A stretch of DNA of 64,000 nucleotides from Mobula birostris (lineage: Eukaryota), in assembly GCF_030028105.1 (NCBI RefSeq), contig NC_092383.1, positions 85,889,921 through 85,953,920 of the forward strand, read 5' to 3'. Both the position numbers and the translations under genes were made by a program. Positions 11,917 to 24,665 of this stretch are shown in pieces (position 1 is the stretch's first letter; each line of letters opens with the position of its first letter). Below the pieces are notes generated by a model that saw nothing but the letters and a program-made list of their open reading frames with translations, was not told where the DNA came from and did no database searches.

Positions 11917-12479
11917 AAGGAAAGAAAATTCATTCTCACGTGTTTTCCAAGTGCTGTCAAGCAAAAGTACATGATTAACATGTGGAAACTCATTCCTTGA
12001 GCAAAGGGCTGATTGGTTACATGAAGGCCAGCTCTAGGAGATTTGCTGTTGGGGTCACAACACTCACCAGAGGGATGAACACTGAGTGCATGTGGAGATA
12101 TTGGGCCAAGTACAATTGTTGATAACTTTGAAGTTTCAGACTGAAACCCTTTCTGATGAAGGATCTTGGCCTGAAATGTCTACTGTTTATTCCTTTCCAC
12201 AGATGCTGTCTGACCTGCTGAGTTTCTCCAGCATTTTGTATGTTTCAAAGGTTTCAAAGGTACATTTAATGTCAGAGAATTGTATGCATCCTGAAATACA
12301 TTCTCTTCGCAACGATCCACGAAAACAGAGGAATGCCCCCAAAGAATGAATGACAGTTAAATGTTAGAACCCCAAAGCCTCCCCCCAACTCCCCCCTCCC
12401 ATGTGTAAGCAGCAGCAAAGCAACGATCCCCCATCTTGTTGCTCTTGTTGTACACCATCTCCAGAATTGCTTCTGTTCC

Positions 12480-13545
12480 TGTTCTAATATTGGTCAGACG
12501 AACGTCATTAAACATACATTATGGGAACAGGCCCTTCAGCTCAACTCATTCACACTGACGAGTGTTTTTAACTAATTTGGTCTCACTTGCCTGCATTTAG
12601 CCCACATCCCTTTTCCAGAAATGTTTTAAAATCATTTCTATGGTATCCACCTCTACCAATTCGTTCAGTAATTTGTTCCAGATTACCCCCCCCCCCGCCC
12701 ACTTTCTGTGTAATAAACCTGCCCTTCAGGTCCCTTTTGTAAATAACATAGAACAGTACAACACAATACGTCCCTTTGGCCCATGATGTTATGTTAGCCT
12801 TAAACCAACTCCACAATCAATTTAACCCTTCCCCCTACACCGCACATAACCATCCATGTGCCAGTCTAAGAGTCCCTTAAATGTACCTGATATATTAGGC
12901 AGCATCACGGTAAATCTCCTCTACAACCTTTAAAGCTCCACATCCTTCCTATAAAGAGTTGACATGAAATGAACACTATTGTCCAAGTGTGGACTACCCA
13001 GAGTTTTATAGAGCTGTAACGTTACCTCATGGCTCTTGACTTCAATACTCTGATTAATGAAAGCCAACACAGCATTCACCTTATTCACCATCTTATCAAC
13101 TTGAATGTTACCTTTGAAGGATATTTGGGTTTGGACCCCAATCTCTTGCCAATAACATTGTACTTTGCCTTCAAATTTCATCTTCCAAAATGTATTGCTT
13201 CATTTTTTTTCCAGATAGAACTCCGTCTGCCACTTCTCAGCCCAGCTCTGCATCCTGTCAATGTCCCATTGTAACCTATAACCTATGACAATCTTCTGCA
13301 CTTTCCACTGCACCACCAACATTTGTGTTCTCTGCAAACATGTTAAGCAATCCTTCCACTTCCTCGGTCAAGTCCTTCACTAAAATCACAAAGAACAGAG
13401 GATCCAGAACAGGCCTTCATTAATCAGAGGATTGAGGTCAAGAGTCACAAGATAATTGTGTAATACCAGTGGTCGTCACCACCTGGCAGAATACATTATT
13501 AACTACCACTGTCTGACTTCTGTGAGCAAACCAATTTCAATTGTT
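12480..13545 (-). mobile_element. CR1 LINE ORF2 3' fragments
   Basis: ORF 12930-13181 (AVLAFINQSIE..LQLYKTL..PHLD) is the CR1 RT C-terminus. Confidence 0.75.
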
Positions 13546-14505
13546 AGAGCATCTCAAATGATAAGGCATAGTAACAAGATTAGAATCGGCTAATTTAAAA
13601 TTAGATGCACAGGAGCTTCTTCACAATCCTTGGAATTCTCCACCTGGAAGGTTGTGGAGGCTGGATCAGTGGGGATACTCAAATAAAAACTAGATTTTTT
13701 TGATATACTTCAGGGAATGGAGGACTGTGTGAAAATGGCACAGAATAGCAGAGAAGGCCTGGTATAGATCAGCCAGGATTATATTGAATAATGGACTAGT
13801 CTTCAGAGACCAGCCAGCCAGCAGTGCCCATTCTTCCAGAGTTCTTACACTAACTGCATGTGGCTTAGCCAGTACAATTCTCCCTATTTTCCATGAAACA
13901 AATCACTGGAAACCATTTACAAATCCAAAAGGATCGAGTTTGGGTATTTGCTGTTTTCTAAAGATAAGAAAATCTCAGTCAGCAACCAGAAACATCATCC
14001 ATTTAGACAAAAAGCCACCATTGTCAGCAAGAGCATTTTGCAGACAGGATGCTCTCTGGTGAGGGACTCACTTCTCAGCTACTGAACATGGCATGCTATT
14101 CTCCACAAGACTTGTCACAGTGGAGACAGAATAGTCTAGAAATGTCAGAATGCAGCCTTGAGAGCAAAAGAGATTAACACTCCCAACTCTCCACAACCCC
14201 CACCACCGCTACTTTATCATTTCATGTCAGCCACCGTATGTACAAACACTCCTGTGCCCAGTGTCACTTTATTGGCATACAATCAATGTATATAAGCTAT
14301 CTTATGTATTTATAATTATTGTGTTACTTTATTATTGTGTTCTATATCTTATTGTGTTTTTTGTGCTCCACTGGATCCAGAGTAACAATTACTTTGTTCT
14401 CCTTACACTTGTGTATTGGAAAGAACATTAAGCAATCTTGAATCTTGAAAACGGTACATGATACTCAATCAATCTCCCTAATGATTCACACCCTCCACCA
14501 CTTAT

Positions 14506-14826
14506 CAGTGCTAGTGAATTGAATCACAAAGCTGCAATTGTCTCCTCTGTTGTAGATGGACATGTTCACTATTTCACTAGACTTTGCTCCATGAGTATTC
14601 GAGGCTGTGCAGTAATATTGATGGTGTTGGTGTTTGAAGGATTGGCAACATAGATCCAGTTTACTGGTGTCAGAGATCTTTGAATCCACTGATGAGATGT
14701 TTTCATACCATGCGTATTGAATGGGAAGGGATCCCTGGACAGACTCACAGGACACTGACACGGAGCTCCCACCACACGAGACATTTGCAGGAGACAGAAA
14801 TTGAAGCACAGGAACAGGCACCGGTT
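14506..14826 (-). pseudogene. Ig C2-type exon, open frame but 5' splice site mutated (GT to AT)
   Basis: EPVPVPVLQF..VSCESVQGSLPIQYAWYE..YYCTASN. Acceptor ttccacag is intact. The donor position reads ataagt where paralogues have gtaagt (19812-17, 59068-73). Confidence 0.85.
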
Positions 14827-15329
14827 CTGTGGAAAAGAATCAGTGAACATCAGAAAATCAATAAAGATTTCAGCAGCTCTGCATCTCAGCCAGGGCCTGC
14901 AGGTGGTTGTCTCACCTCTAAATCCATCTGTGTGTCTGCATCCTCCCAGATGCCTGAACCGCCACATCTGCCATTATCCCAAAACACAACAAGACTCTGG
15001 ATCAGGACAGCAGTGATGATACTGAGAATGTGATGTGTCAGTGTGAAAATCAGGGTGCAATCTCTCTCAGCAACAAGGAGACAGTCTCCAGTGGAGTTTT
15101 TAAAAAAATCAATGCAAATATTGTTTTAAGCTGAGAGGTGGGCAATTTAAAGGAGATTTGTGAGACAAGTTCTTTAGCTACAGTGGTGACTGACTGTCAG
15201 GTGAATAGGTGGAACAGATATAACAGCAATATTTAAAAGGCATTTAGACTAACCCACAAAAAGGTAGGCACTGGAATGATTATGGACAATTGCAGGCAGA
15301 TGGAATTAGCTTAGACTGACATCATAAGA

Positions 15330-15830
15330 TCATAGAACTATAAGACATAGGAGTAGAATCAGGCCATTAGGCCTATTGAGTTTGCACCGCCACTCAATAA
15401 TGTTGATATGTTTTCCCTCTCAAGCCCATTCTGCCTCCTTCTCCGTGAAACCTTTGATATCCTTACTAATCAAAAATCTATCAACCTCCACTTTAAATAT
15501 ACCCAATAACTTGTCTTCCACAGCCTTCTGTGGCAATGAAATCCACAGAATCATCACCCTCTGACTAAAGAAATTTCTCCTCTGCTGTGTTCAAAGAGAA
15601 TGTCCTTCTATTCTGAGTCTTTTTCATCCCAGTCTAGACTCTTCCACTGCTGGAAACATACTGTTCATGTCTACTCTATCTAGCCTTTCAATATGCTGTA
15701 CAATGCTGTAGGTTTTGATGAGATCCCATCTCATTCTTCTAAATTCTAGTGAGGAAAGGCTCAGTGCCATCCAACATAGCTCATATATTAACCCTTTCAG
15801 TTCAGGGAACATGTTCAGTGGAACCATGAT
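15330..15830 (-). mobile_element. CR1 3' end in the V-C2 intron
   Basis: EFRRMRWDLIKTY reading. A related CR1 end sits at the equivalent position of the 59-62 kb copy (59880-60330). Confidence 0.75.
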
Positions 15831-16251
15831 GGGCTGAAGGGTCTGATTCTGTGCTGGCTGTTCTTCTTCTGTAATTCATTGCTGTATTTTCCATATGGGA
15901 ATGAGAGAGAGAGAGAAAGAGGGAGGGAGAGAAAATATCCCTGGGGTGAGGTTGGTGTCACTTCTCTGTGATAGTAGGATTATTGGCTTTAGCATGAATG
16001 CAAACCTCTAACAGGGTGACATTTCATACAGTTCAGAGTCAGGAAAATATGCTGAACCTCCCGCTGGAAATCGGTGTCCAGTCAGTGGGACAGACAATAT
16101 GAGTAGGGTTTCCCGACCCCTGCCCACTCAGCACAGGGTTCTTGCACATCTGCTGAGCCTCAGTGTATTCCTGCTGCCCTGACACTCCCCAGAGAAAACA
16201 TGAATCAGACCATCTCGGTGGAGACATCAAGTCAATCAATGAGAAACCTAC

Positions 16252-16566
16252 CGTCAGATATGTTTAGATACACGTCAAACACTGGATGATTTCGAGATAT
16301 TGTAATTCCATATCTGTAAATTCCTGTATCATTAGAGACAAGATTCTTGATAGTAACAGTAAATATTCCCTGGGATGTGTTATCTCTGATTGTCATTCTT
16401 CCATACTGCTCATTTTGCCCCTTTGTATTCTCTGACGATGTGCATCGGCGATCCCACATGCAGCACAAATACTTTGTGTGTGAATGGTACACTGGTGCAT
16501 AGTGACAATCGATTGTGACTGCTCTTCCCACAACTCCTCTTACTTTATCTTCTGCCCATAAAGCAC
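16252..16566 (-). CDS. Ig V-type (CD300/pIgR-like) exon, second canonical Cys replaced by Tyr; possibly non-functional
   Basis: 315 bp, phase 1-1, tttcag acceptor and gtaggt donor. GALWAEDKVRGVVGRAVTIDCHY..KYLCCMWDRRC..DTGIYRYG. Confidence 0.85.
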
Positions 16567-17039
16567 CTGAAACTGAGGGAGAAGTTATTCGGAAAATGGA
16601 CAGGTAAAGTCAAATTTACACAAGATTATTTAATGTCATTTCCTGTACACACGTGTAAGGGAGAACAAAATCATTGTTACTCTGGATCTGATGGAGAACA
16701 AAAAAGTAGAGCTTGGCACATGGAGATTAGCAAGAACTTTGAGAAAGTCTCACATAGTAGGCTGATCTGTAATGTGAGATCATATGGTAACCTAGCTGGA
16801 TGGATACTGAATAGGGTTGGTGGAAGGAGTCAGATTGTGGTAGTGGAGTGTTGGTTTTCTGACAACATCAGACTTTATCACGAGTGGTGTACCATTGAGA
16901 TCAGTGCTGTTATTTGTCATCAATATTGATAATTTGTAATGATAATGTAGGTGGCACAATTAATAAGTTACGGGTGACACTGTAGTGCGTTGGACAGTGG
17001 AAAGAGTGGTCGAAGTTCACAATGGGATCTGGTAACGAA

Positions 17040-17520
17040 ACCAGTGTTCAGACCCATTACTCTGTGCCAACACGATTCCCCCACCTGAGCCCATCCTGTT
17101 TGCTTGTATTTAACCCGTCTCCCTCTCTTTTCGCTACTATCAACAGGTCAAGTTCAAATTCAAGCTTAATTGATATTCAACCATATGAAACAGCGTTATT
17201 CCGGGGCAAAGATGTAAAACACAGTACCAACAGTCACACATAGCACAAGGAACATATAAGATATCAGTAAGATACAGTCACACAAATTATGTAGTCCAAG
17301 ATGCTGAGTCCATGAATGTTGCAGAAATACAGCTTGTTTTCTGTTGAGTGAACAGCGGGGGTCAGCACTGACTTCAACTTGGACACAATGCTACTCCTCT
17401 TCGGGTGGTGCCGACATACTCCAATGCCTTTCTCCTGGATGGCCGTAATGAGGTAACACTGTGTGCTGAGGCTTAGTCTTTGTTATGAGCCAGGCCACGC
17501 TTCTCCCCTGCTATCCACTA
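17040..17520. mobile_element. Rex1/Babar-like LINE fragments
   Basis: The segment cccattactctgtgcc..cccccacctgagcccatcctg recurs upstream of the other V exons (35830, 62940). The rest resembles the Rex1-like sequence at 26.0-26.7 kb. Confidence 0.5.
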
Positions 17521-19530
17521 ATAAATCAGTGAATTGGACTTGCAGCATTCCACATTAATAATGTCCAACATTATATTTATTGAAAAGTGCATGACCAAGC
17601 ATTTTCCAACATTGTATTTCATTTACCACTTTCTTAATCTGTCTAAGTCCTATTGCATCCTGCCTGTTTCCTCAACACTACCTGCCCTTCTGCCAATCTT
17701 TGTATCATCTGCAAACTTGGCAACAAAGCCATCTATTCCATCATCTAAATCATTTATATACAGCATAAAGAGAAGTGGTTCCAAAACTGACCCTTGTGAA
17801 ACACCTCTAGACTCAGCAGCCAACCAGAAAAGGATCCTTTTATTCCCACTTGCTGCCTCCTACCAATCAGTCAATGCTTTAACCATTTTAGTAACCTTCT
17901 TGTAATACCATGGGCTCTTAACTTGGTAAGCAGCCTCATGTGTGGCACCTTGTCAAAGGCCTCCTGAAAGTCCAAATATACTACATCCACTGCATCCCCT
18001 TTATCTATCCTACTTGTAATCTCCTTGAAGAATTCCAACAGGTTCATCAGACAGGATTTTCCCTGAAGGAAACCATGCTGACTTTGTACTATCTTGCCTT
18101 GTGTCACCAAGTACTCCATCACCTCATCCTTAACAATTGACTCTAACATCTTCCCAACCACTGAGGTCAGGCTAACTGGTCTATAATTTCCTTTCTGCTG
18201 CCTTCCTCCCTTCTTAAAGAGTGGAGTGACATTTAGAGTATATCCTTGCTTTTATATTCTAATCCTCTTGAAATGAATGCTAATATTGTATTTATTTTCC
18301 CTACCATCAACTCAACATACAAGTTAACATTTAGGAACTTCTAAATCCCTTTGCACCTCAGATTTCTGAATTTTCTTCCCATTTAGAAATAGTCTGTACC
18401 TTATTCCTTCCACCAGAGTGCACGAGAATACATTTCCCAACAGTATCTACCACTTCTTTACCCATCCTCCTAATCTGTCTAAGTCCTTCTGCAGTTACCC
18501 TGATTCCTCAGCACTACCTGCCCCTCAGCGTAACTTTGTATTGTCTGCAAACTTGGCCACAAAGCCGTCAATACTGTCACCCAAATTATTGACATGTAAC
18601 GTGAAAAGATGCAGTCCCAACACCGGCTTCTACGGAATACTAGGAGTCACTGACAACCAAACAGAAAGGCCCCCCTTTATTCCCACACATTACTTCCAGC
18701 CAGTCAGCCAATCTTCTGTCCATGCGAGTATCATTCCTGCAGTACCATGGGCTCTTACCTTGTTATAACTGTCTCATGTGCAGCACCTTGTCAAAAGACT
18801 TCTAAAGAATCCAAATAAATAACATCCATTGGCTCTTTCTCATCTATTCTGCCCGTTGTTCCTCAAAGGATTCCAACAATTCTTTCAGGCAAAATTTTCC
18901 CTCTAGAAAATCATATATCTCCAAGTACCCTGAAACTTCGTCCTCAAAAAGGGCTCCAACATCTTCCCAGCCTTTGAAGTCAGGTGACCTGTTCCATAAT
19001 TTTCTTTCTTCTGCATTCCACCCTTCATAAAGAGTGGAGAGACATTGGCAATTTCACAATCTTCCAGAATGATTCCAGAATCTAGTCATTCCTGAAAGAT
19101 CACTAGTAATGCCTCCACAATGTCTTCAGCTATCTCTTTCAGAACTCTGGGGTGTAGTCTATCTGATCCAGGTGATTTGTCTCAGCATCTCAAGCATCTT
19201 CTCCTTAATAATAGCAACCACACTCACTTCGACCCCCTGATATTTTTGTAGTTTTGGCTTACTGCTTGTGTCTTTCACAGTCACAACTGACACAAAATAC
19301 TTAAAGAGTTCATCAGGCTTTTCTTTGTCCCCCATTATTATCTCTCCAGCATCATTATCCAGTGGTCTGATATCCATGCTTTCTTCTCTTTACTCTTCAT
19401 GTTTCTGAAACTATTTTGGTACCCTCTTTTATATTATTGTCTAGTTGGTTTTTAAAAGTTTCCCAATTCTTTAACTTCCCACTAATTTTTGCTATATATG
19501 TCCTTCCTTTTGTTTTTATGACAATGTCAT
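17520..19530 (-). mobile_element. CR1 LINE ORF2 fragments (RT)
   Basis: ORF 17871-18161 QHGFLQGKSCLMNLLEFF..VDVVYLDFQEAFDKVPH. Confidence 0.85.
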
Positions 19531-19817
19531 TGTTTTCCAACTCAACACTCTTTCCAGCATCTTCAATGCAGAAGGCAGAAGTATGAATAGAATGCTCCCA
19601 ATTTGTCTGGATGTGCAAGTACAACTGTGTTTGAGATACTCCACATCTTCCAGGTGAAGTGACAGACTAAACTGTTCACAACACTTTATTTCTATCTCAT
19701 GGTGACTGCAATGTGTAGCTTCTACAAATGCAAAGAAATTCCTTACCCTCAGTAGAAGTATAAGAGCAACTGTAACAGAGTAATAAAAAGAAACACTTAA
19801 ATGAAATTAGGACTTAC

Positions 19818-20138
19818 TGGTGCCATTGATTTCTGTCATATAACTGCAGTTCTCTCCTTTGTTGAAGACTGTCACTGTAACTGTTCCCCTGTATTTTTCT
19901 CCAAAGCTATTTGAGGCTTTGCAGTAATAACAATGGTGCCGGTGGTCAAAGGATTGACAACCTAGAGTCAGTTCATTGCTACCTGAGACATTTGGACGCC
20001 CAGATGAGGTTATTTCATGCCATGTGTACTGAATGGGAAGGGATCCTTGGACAGACTCACAGGACACTGACACTGAGCCCACGAGACATGAGACATCTGC
20101 TGGTGACAGATATCGAATCACAGGGGCAGACACACGTT
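19818..20138 (-). CDS. Ig C2-type exon, intact
   Basis: 321 bp, phase 1-1, ttccacag acceptor and gtaagt donor. ERVSAPVIRY..VSCESVQGSLPIQYTWHE..YYCKASN..NCSYMTEINGT. Confidence 0.9.
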
Positions 20139-20588
20139 CTGTGGAAAGAAATTAAGCATTTAGACACTGAATGAACATTTGAAAAACTTCTTCTTCTTCT
20201 TATTCTTCTGCTGACTTAATAGCAGTTGGCCGCCCAACTTAAAGGTGCTTTACTGCCACCAACGAGACTGGAGTGTGGTGTAGAGAATTGGGAAATAGAA
20301 CCCTTACTACTACTTTTCAAATGAAAGCTAAATTACCCTGAAACGTCCTATAGCTTGTAAGTAGTGAAAGTTAATGTTGTGAATTAAAGTTACTCCCATA
20401 ACTTAATAACGTTTTAAATGAAAACTATCAACCCTCTGAGATTATAATAAAGCCTGCATTTGATTTCTTTCAAACTTATATGCTTTACTATATAATAATA
20501 TGTGTTCAAGTTTCATAATGATGGCAAAACCTACACAGCCTAGAGTGATGTTTTCCAACAAGATACAAGGAATAATTAAGCATAGTAT

Positions 20589-21998
20589 TGTCATGGTCTG
20601 GTCCGTGAAATCCGCATTCTGGTTCACGGTCCGGTCCATGTTCCTTATTCCAGGTTTTTCCGGTTTTCCCCAGTTTCTGTTGAGGCAGCTGATTCTCGTT
20701 TGGGCTGGCCTCATAAATAACTTCAGGATTCAGCCTCTGGTTGCTGGATTGTTCCTGTCCAACCTCCCTGTTTGAATCCCTTCCCCTCCCCTTCCTTTTG
20801 TTGCCTTGCCTTGCCTTGCCTTGCCTTGCCTTGCCTTGCCTTGCCTTGCCTTGCCTTGCCTCGCCTTGCCTTGCCTCGCCTTGCCTTGCCTCGCCTTGCC
20901 TTGCCTCGCCTCGCCTCAAGCCTCACCTGTAACCCTCGCCTGCACTGCTGTCAAGTTCCATTGCCAGAGCAAGATAAGGAACTGTCTATCATTGTTTTGA
21001 ACTCTCTCTGTGTCCTCACCTTCACTAGGTAGGTCTGGCCATTTGCAGCTACCTAGTGTTGGGAACTGTCTCTGTATCCATGCCTTTGCTAGGTAGGTCT
21101 GGCCGTTTGCCGCTACCTTGTGTTGGGAAACTGTCTCTCTGTGTTCTATGTACGAGTCCCGGCCCTACAACCTGCTCTCTAGGAGGGGTCCCGGCTCTGT
21201 GTTCCAGGTCTCTGCGTTCCTGTCTCTCCCTCGACCAAGGCTCTGCATTCCTGGCTTTCCCTCAACCAAGGCTCTGCGTTCCTGGCTTTCCCTCAACCAA
21301 GGCTCTGCGTTCCTGGCTCTCCCTCGACCAAGGCTCTGTGTTCCTGGGTCTGCGTTCCTGTCTCTCCCTTGACTAAGTCAAGGCTTCAGGGTCTCATCCA
21401 GTCCTAGCCACGTCCAAGAACCTTGTCCTGTCCAAGCCATGGCTTTGTGTTCTTGTCTTATCCATGTGTCTCACCCAGCCCAGTAGTACCTTGCCCAGCC
21501 TGGTGCTGGGGTTCCCTCGTCCTGTGCTGGGGTTCCCTTGTCCTGTCCAGGAGTCTCACGTCCAGTCCTATTGCCACTCCTCGTCCTGTAGCCACGTCTT
21601 GTCCTAGCCTAGTTCTGGAGTCCGAGCCCAAGTCAAGTCCCAGATTCTGGGTCCTTGCCCAGTTTCTGGCTTGGAGTCCATACCCAAGCCTCGTCATGTC
21701 CTCGCCTAGTTCCGGGGTCCGAGCCCAAGCCAAGACCCAGGTTCTGGCTCCTCGTCCAGTCTCTGGCTCGGAGTCCAAGCCCAGGCTCCTTGTTCCCAGC
21801 TCCATGTCCTGGTTCCGCTATCCTAGTCAAGTCCTAGCCTAGGCCCTTTATCCTTGTCTCATCCAGGGCCTGTGTCATGTCCAGCATTCTTTCTTCCCCA
21901 CTTCCCTTGCTTGCTTAACTCTAGTAGTAGTCCTGTTCCTGGTACTTCAGTGTCTGTGTCTTGTATTTGGGTCTGTTCCCTGCACCCACCTTATGACA
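20589..21998. mobile_element. Solo LTR (1410 bp) with 5-bp TSD
   Basis: Termini TGTCAT..ATGACA, flanked by agtat on both sides (20584-88 and 21999-22003). Internal short tandem repeats. Confidence 0.85.
20803..20916. repeat. (CCTTG/CCTCG)n pentanucleotide microsatellite
   Basis: More than 20 tandem pentamer units. Explains the ARQGK and LPCLA ORFs. Confidence 0.95.
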
Positions 21999-22069
21999 AG
22001 TATGCCTAATTTTAAGTCAAGTCAATATAATTTCTTTCCAAAATGATGGCAAACAATTTTACTGTACGT

Positions 22070-22380
22070 ACGTGTTGGCATGTGGTCAAGTGGTTAAGGC
22101 ATTGGTCTAGTGACCTGAAGGTCGCTAGTTCGAGCCTTGGCTGAGGCAGCATGTTGTGTCCTTGAGCAAAGCACTTAACCACACATTGCTCTGTGATGAC
22201 ACCGGTGCCAAGCTGTATGAGTCCTAATGCCCTTCCCTTGGACAATATCGGTGGCGTGGAGAGGGGAGACTTGCAGCATAGGCAACTGCCGGTCTTCCAT
22301 TCAACCCTGCCCAGAGCTGCGCCCTGGAAACCTTTCAAAGCGCAAATTCATGGTCTCACAAGACTAACGGATGCCCATAT
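22070..22380 (+). mobile_element. tRNA-derived SINE
   Basis: A-box tggtcaagtgg and B-box gttcgagcc, followed by the core gtgtccttgagcaaagcacttaacc. Confidence 0.7.
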
Positions 22381-22719
22381 AACTGATAAATCATTAGTAA
22401 GATATTTATTTATTGTTACCTACAATCTAGGCACGAAAAGAGCCAGACCAACATCCCCAGTTAAATTATCTTTTGATCCATCCATAAAAATGGTTGACAT
22501 ATCATAATAATTTTCCTTAATATATTGATGAACCAACAGACTGTCAGGCATAAGACAGACTTTATTAAATCATGTAGCCTGAAATTAACTAAATTCAATG
22601 GAAAAAACCAAGATGGGATTACAGAGTAAGGTGCAGTGGGACATATTGCATTATCCAACAAACCCATATTCCTAGAGTGATAAGTACCCAGCCACTCAAA
22701 CTAAATCTTGTGATGTTCT

Positions 22720-22990
22720 CAAAAGTCTTCCAGCATACCTCTAAAAGGATTATCATTTCTTTGCCCCTTCAATTTAATCCAGTAGGCTATCAGCAGCATC
22801 AACCTCTGCAATTGTAAGGGTGATTGTTCCATTTCAACCAAAAAAGCAGTAACCTTATTGCACCACAATGTAACCTTAAAGCCTGTACTTCTATCACATC
22901 CAAGCATTTTAAAGTTGAAGATGAAGCTAATCTATAAGCCACACAAAGATCATCAAGAGCAGATCTAATTAAACAAATATAAAGGGTCAA
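22720..22990 (-). mobile_element. LINE ORF2 post-RT fragment (Nimb/I-like, tentative)
   Basis: IRSALDD..AYRLASSSTLKCLDVIEVQALRL..GAIR followed, after a frameshift, by EMEQSPLQLQR. Confidence 0.45.
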
Positions 22991-23074
22991 CAAAGATTTT
23001 CATGTAACTTCCCAAGAATATCCACATGGACACCTGAGAATATTTTATGCTCAGTCCATAAAAGCATGCAGACA

Positions 23075-24665
23075 TGGTCAATATGCTGATGTGAACAAGT
23101 GCAGAGATACAAATCATCTTCAGTGAAGCATTTTTGTTTCAGCAACTTGATCACTGAACGTCTATAACAATTTGGTGAAGAGGAGTATAAAGGCCATTTA
23201 ACCAATGTGTTTAACCTAATCCAAATCCTGTGCACACCTGTAAATACAATGATGGAATCATAATTTTTTTTTCCAGTCGGTTGCTGGGAAGTTATTCAGG
23301 AACTGAGGATTGATAAGATATTAGTCAGACCGCTCTTGGAATATGGTGAACAGTTTTGGAACCCCTATCTATGAAAGGAGGTGCTGTATTTGGAAAGGGT
23401 CCAGAGGAGGTTCATGAGAATGATCACAGAAATGAAAGGGTTAACATATAAGGAGTGTTTAAAGGCTCTTGGCCTGTACCTGCTGGAGTTTGGAAGAATG
23501 AGGGGGAAATTTCATTGAAACCTCCAGAGTAGTGAAGGGCCTGGAACCTTGATGGAGTGTGTCTGGAGAGGATGTTTCCATTGGTGGGAAGTCTCAGACC
23601 TGATGACACAGCCTCAATACAATAACATCCCTTGAGATCAGAGATGAGGTGAAATTCCTTGGTGGTGAATCTGGGAAATGCATTGCCACAGAGGCCAAGT
23701 GATTGGGTATATTTAAAGTGGATGTTGATAGATTCTTGATTGTCGTAGGTTATGGGGAGAATGGGGCTGATGTGGATAATAAATCAGCCATTATAGATTG
23801 GTGGAGCAGACTCAATAGGCTGAATGGCCTAATTCTGTTCCTGTTGTATCGTTTTGTGGTCTATGGCCTTAAGTGATGGAGCAATGCAAGAAGGTGATGC
23901 AACAACTTGTTGACGTGAGGCATCCATTGGAACTACCCTGAATACTGTCTCATGAGCTCAAAAGTTCCAGCCGTATCCTTTGTGGATTGCTTTGAGATGT
24001 CCTTGGAAAGGAAAGGAGTCCCTTTCAGAATCAGAATCAGGTTTATTTTCACTGTCTTCTGATGTGAAATTTGTAGTTTTGCAGCAGAAAATATATAGCA
24101 AGTTCTATCCCTCAGACCATTAATGAGCTTGGGTGAAACAGGTCTGGATTCACAAGTGGGAGCACTGCATCTAGAGCTATCTGCAGATAATTAACACCTT
24201 GTAGATAACCCTGACCTGAAGAGCTCATGAGCTCCATCAGGTTCCGGTGTTTTTGCTTCACATCCTCACACAGCAGGTGAAGGATATTGTGCCATATTCC
24301 TCCTTGTCAGTGAGGCATTTCAAAGTTCAAAATACAAATTAAATGTATTATCAAATTATGAACATGTCATACATGTCACACTACTATACAGTTCACCTTC
24401 TCTCCTTTTCAAGACCCTTTATTTTACATTAGTGGGTCACCGTCACAGATAGGAACTGAGAAAAGTTACTCCTTCTATTTGCAGATTCACGTCCTGATGA
24501 CCAAAGCAAGCTGCAATAATTTGCAGCTTACTCGTTTTATTCAGCACCCAACTTTTATTTCCATTGCTTGTCTCCTTTAAGACCTTTGTATAGTGACTGG
24601 AAATTTTCATGCTAGTGTCTCTTTCTCATTCCATTTCTACAAAATAGGACAAGTAGGAGATTCTG
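23075..24665. repeat. Segmental duplicate of the block upstream of the leader exon (paralogous to about 36520-37930 plus 39580-39845)
   Basis: Colinear similarity, e.g. aatatgctgatg.gaacaagtgcagaga, a shared CR1 end, and gtttttgcttcacatcctcacacagcaggtgaag at about 24250 and 37730. Confidence 0.85.

Noticed and set aside
14569-15033. ORFs 14569-14967(-), 14680-15033(+) and the similar 59167-59577(+)
   Set aside because: They are shifted-frame or antisense readings over the C2 exon and its intron, with no motif and no conserved frame.
19747-19769. 23-nt micro-exon (ttacag..gtaagg) after C2(19.8k)
   Set aside because: It would need a 48-nt intron, gives a phase-0 end incompatible with downstream exons, and has no paralogue.
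20442-21842. Many overlapping ORFs (ARQGK, LPCLA repeats) and repeat units resembling a CRISPR array
   Set aside because: These come from a pentamer microsatellite and tandem units inside a solo LTR. There are no unique spacers and the context is eukaryotic.
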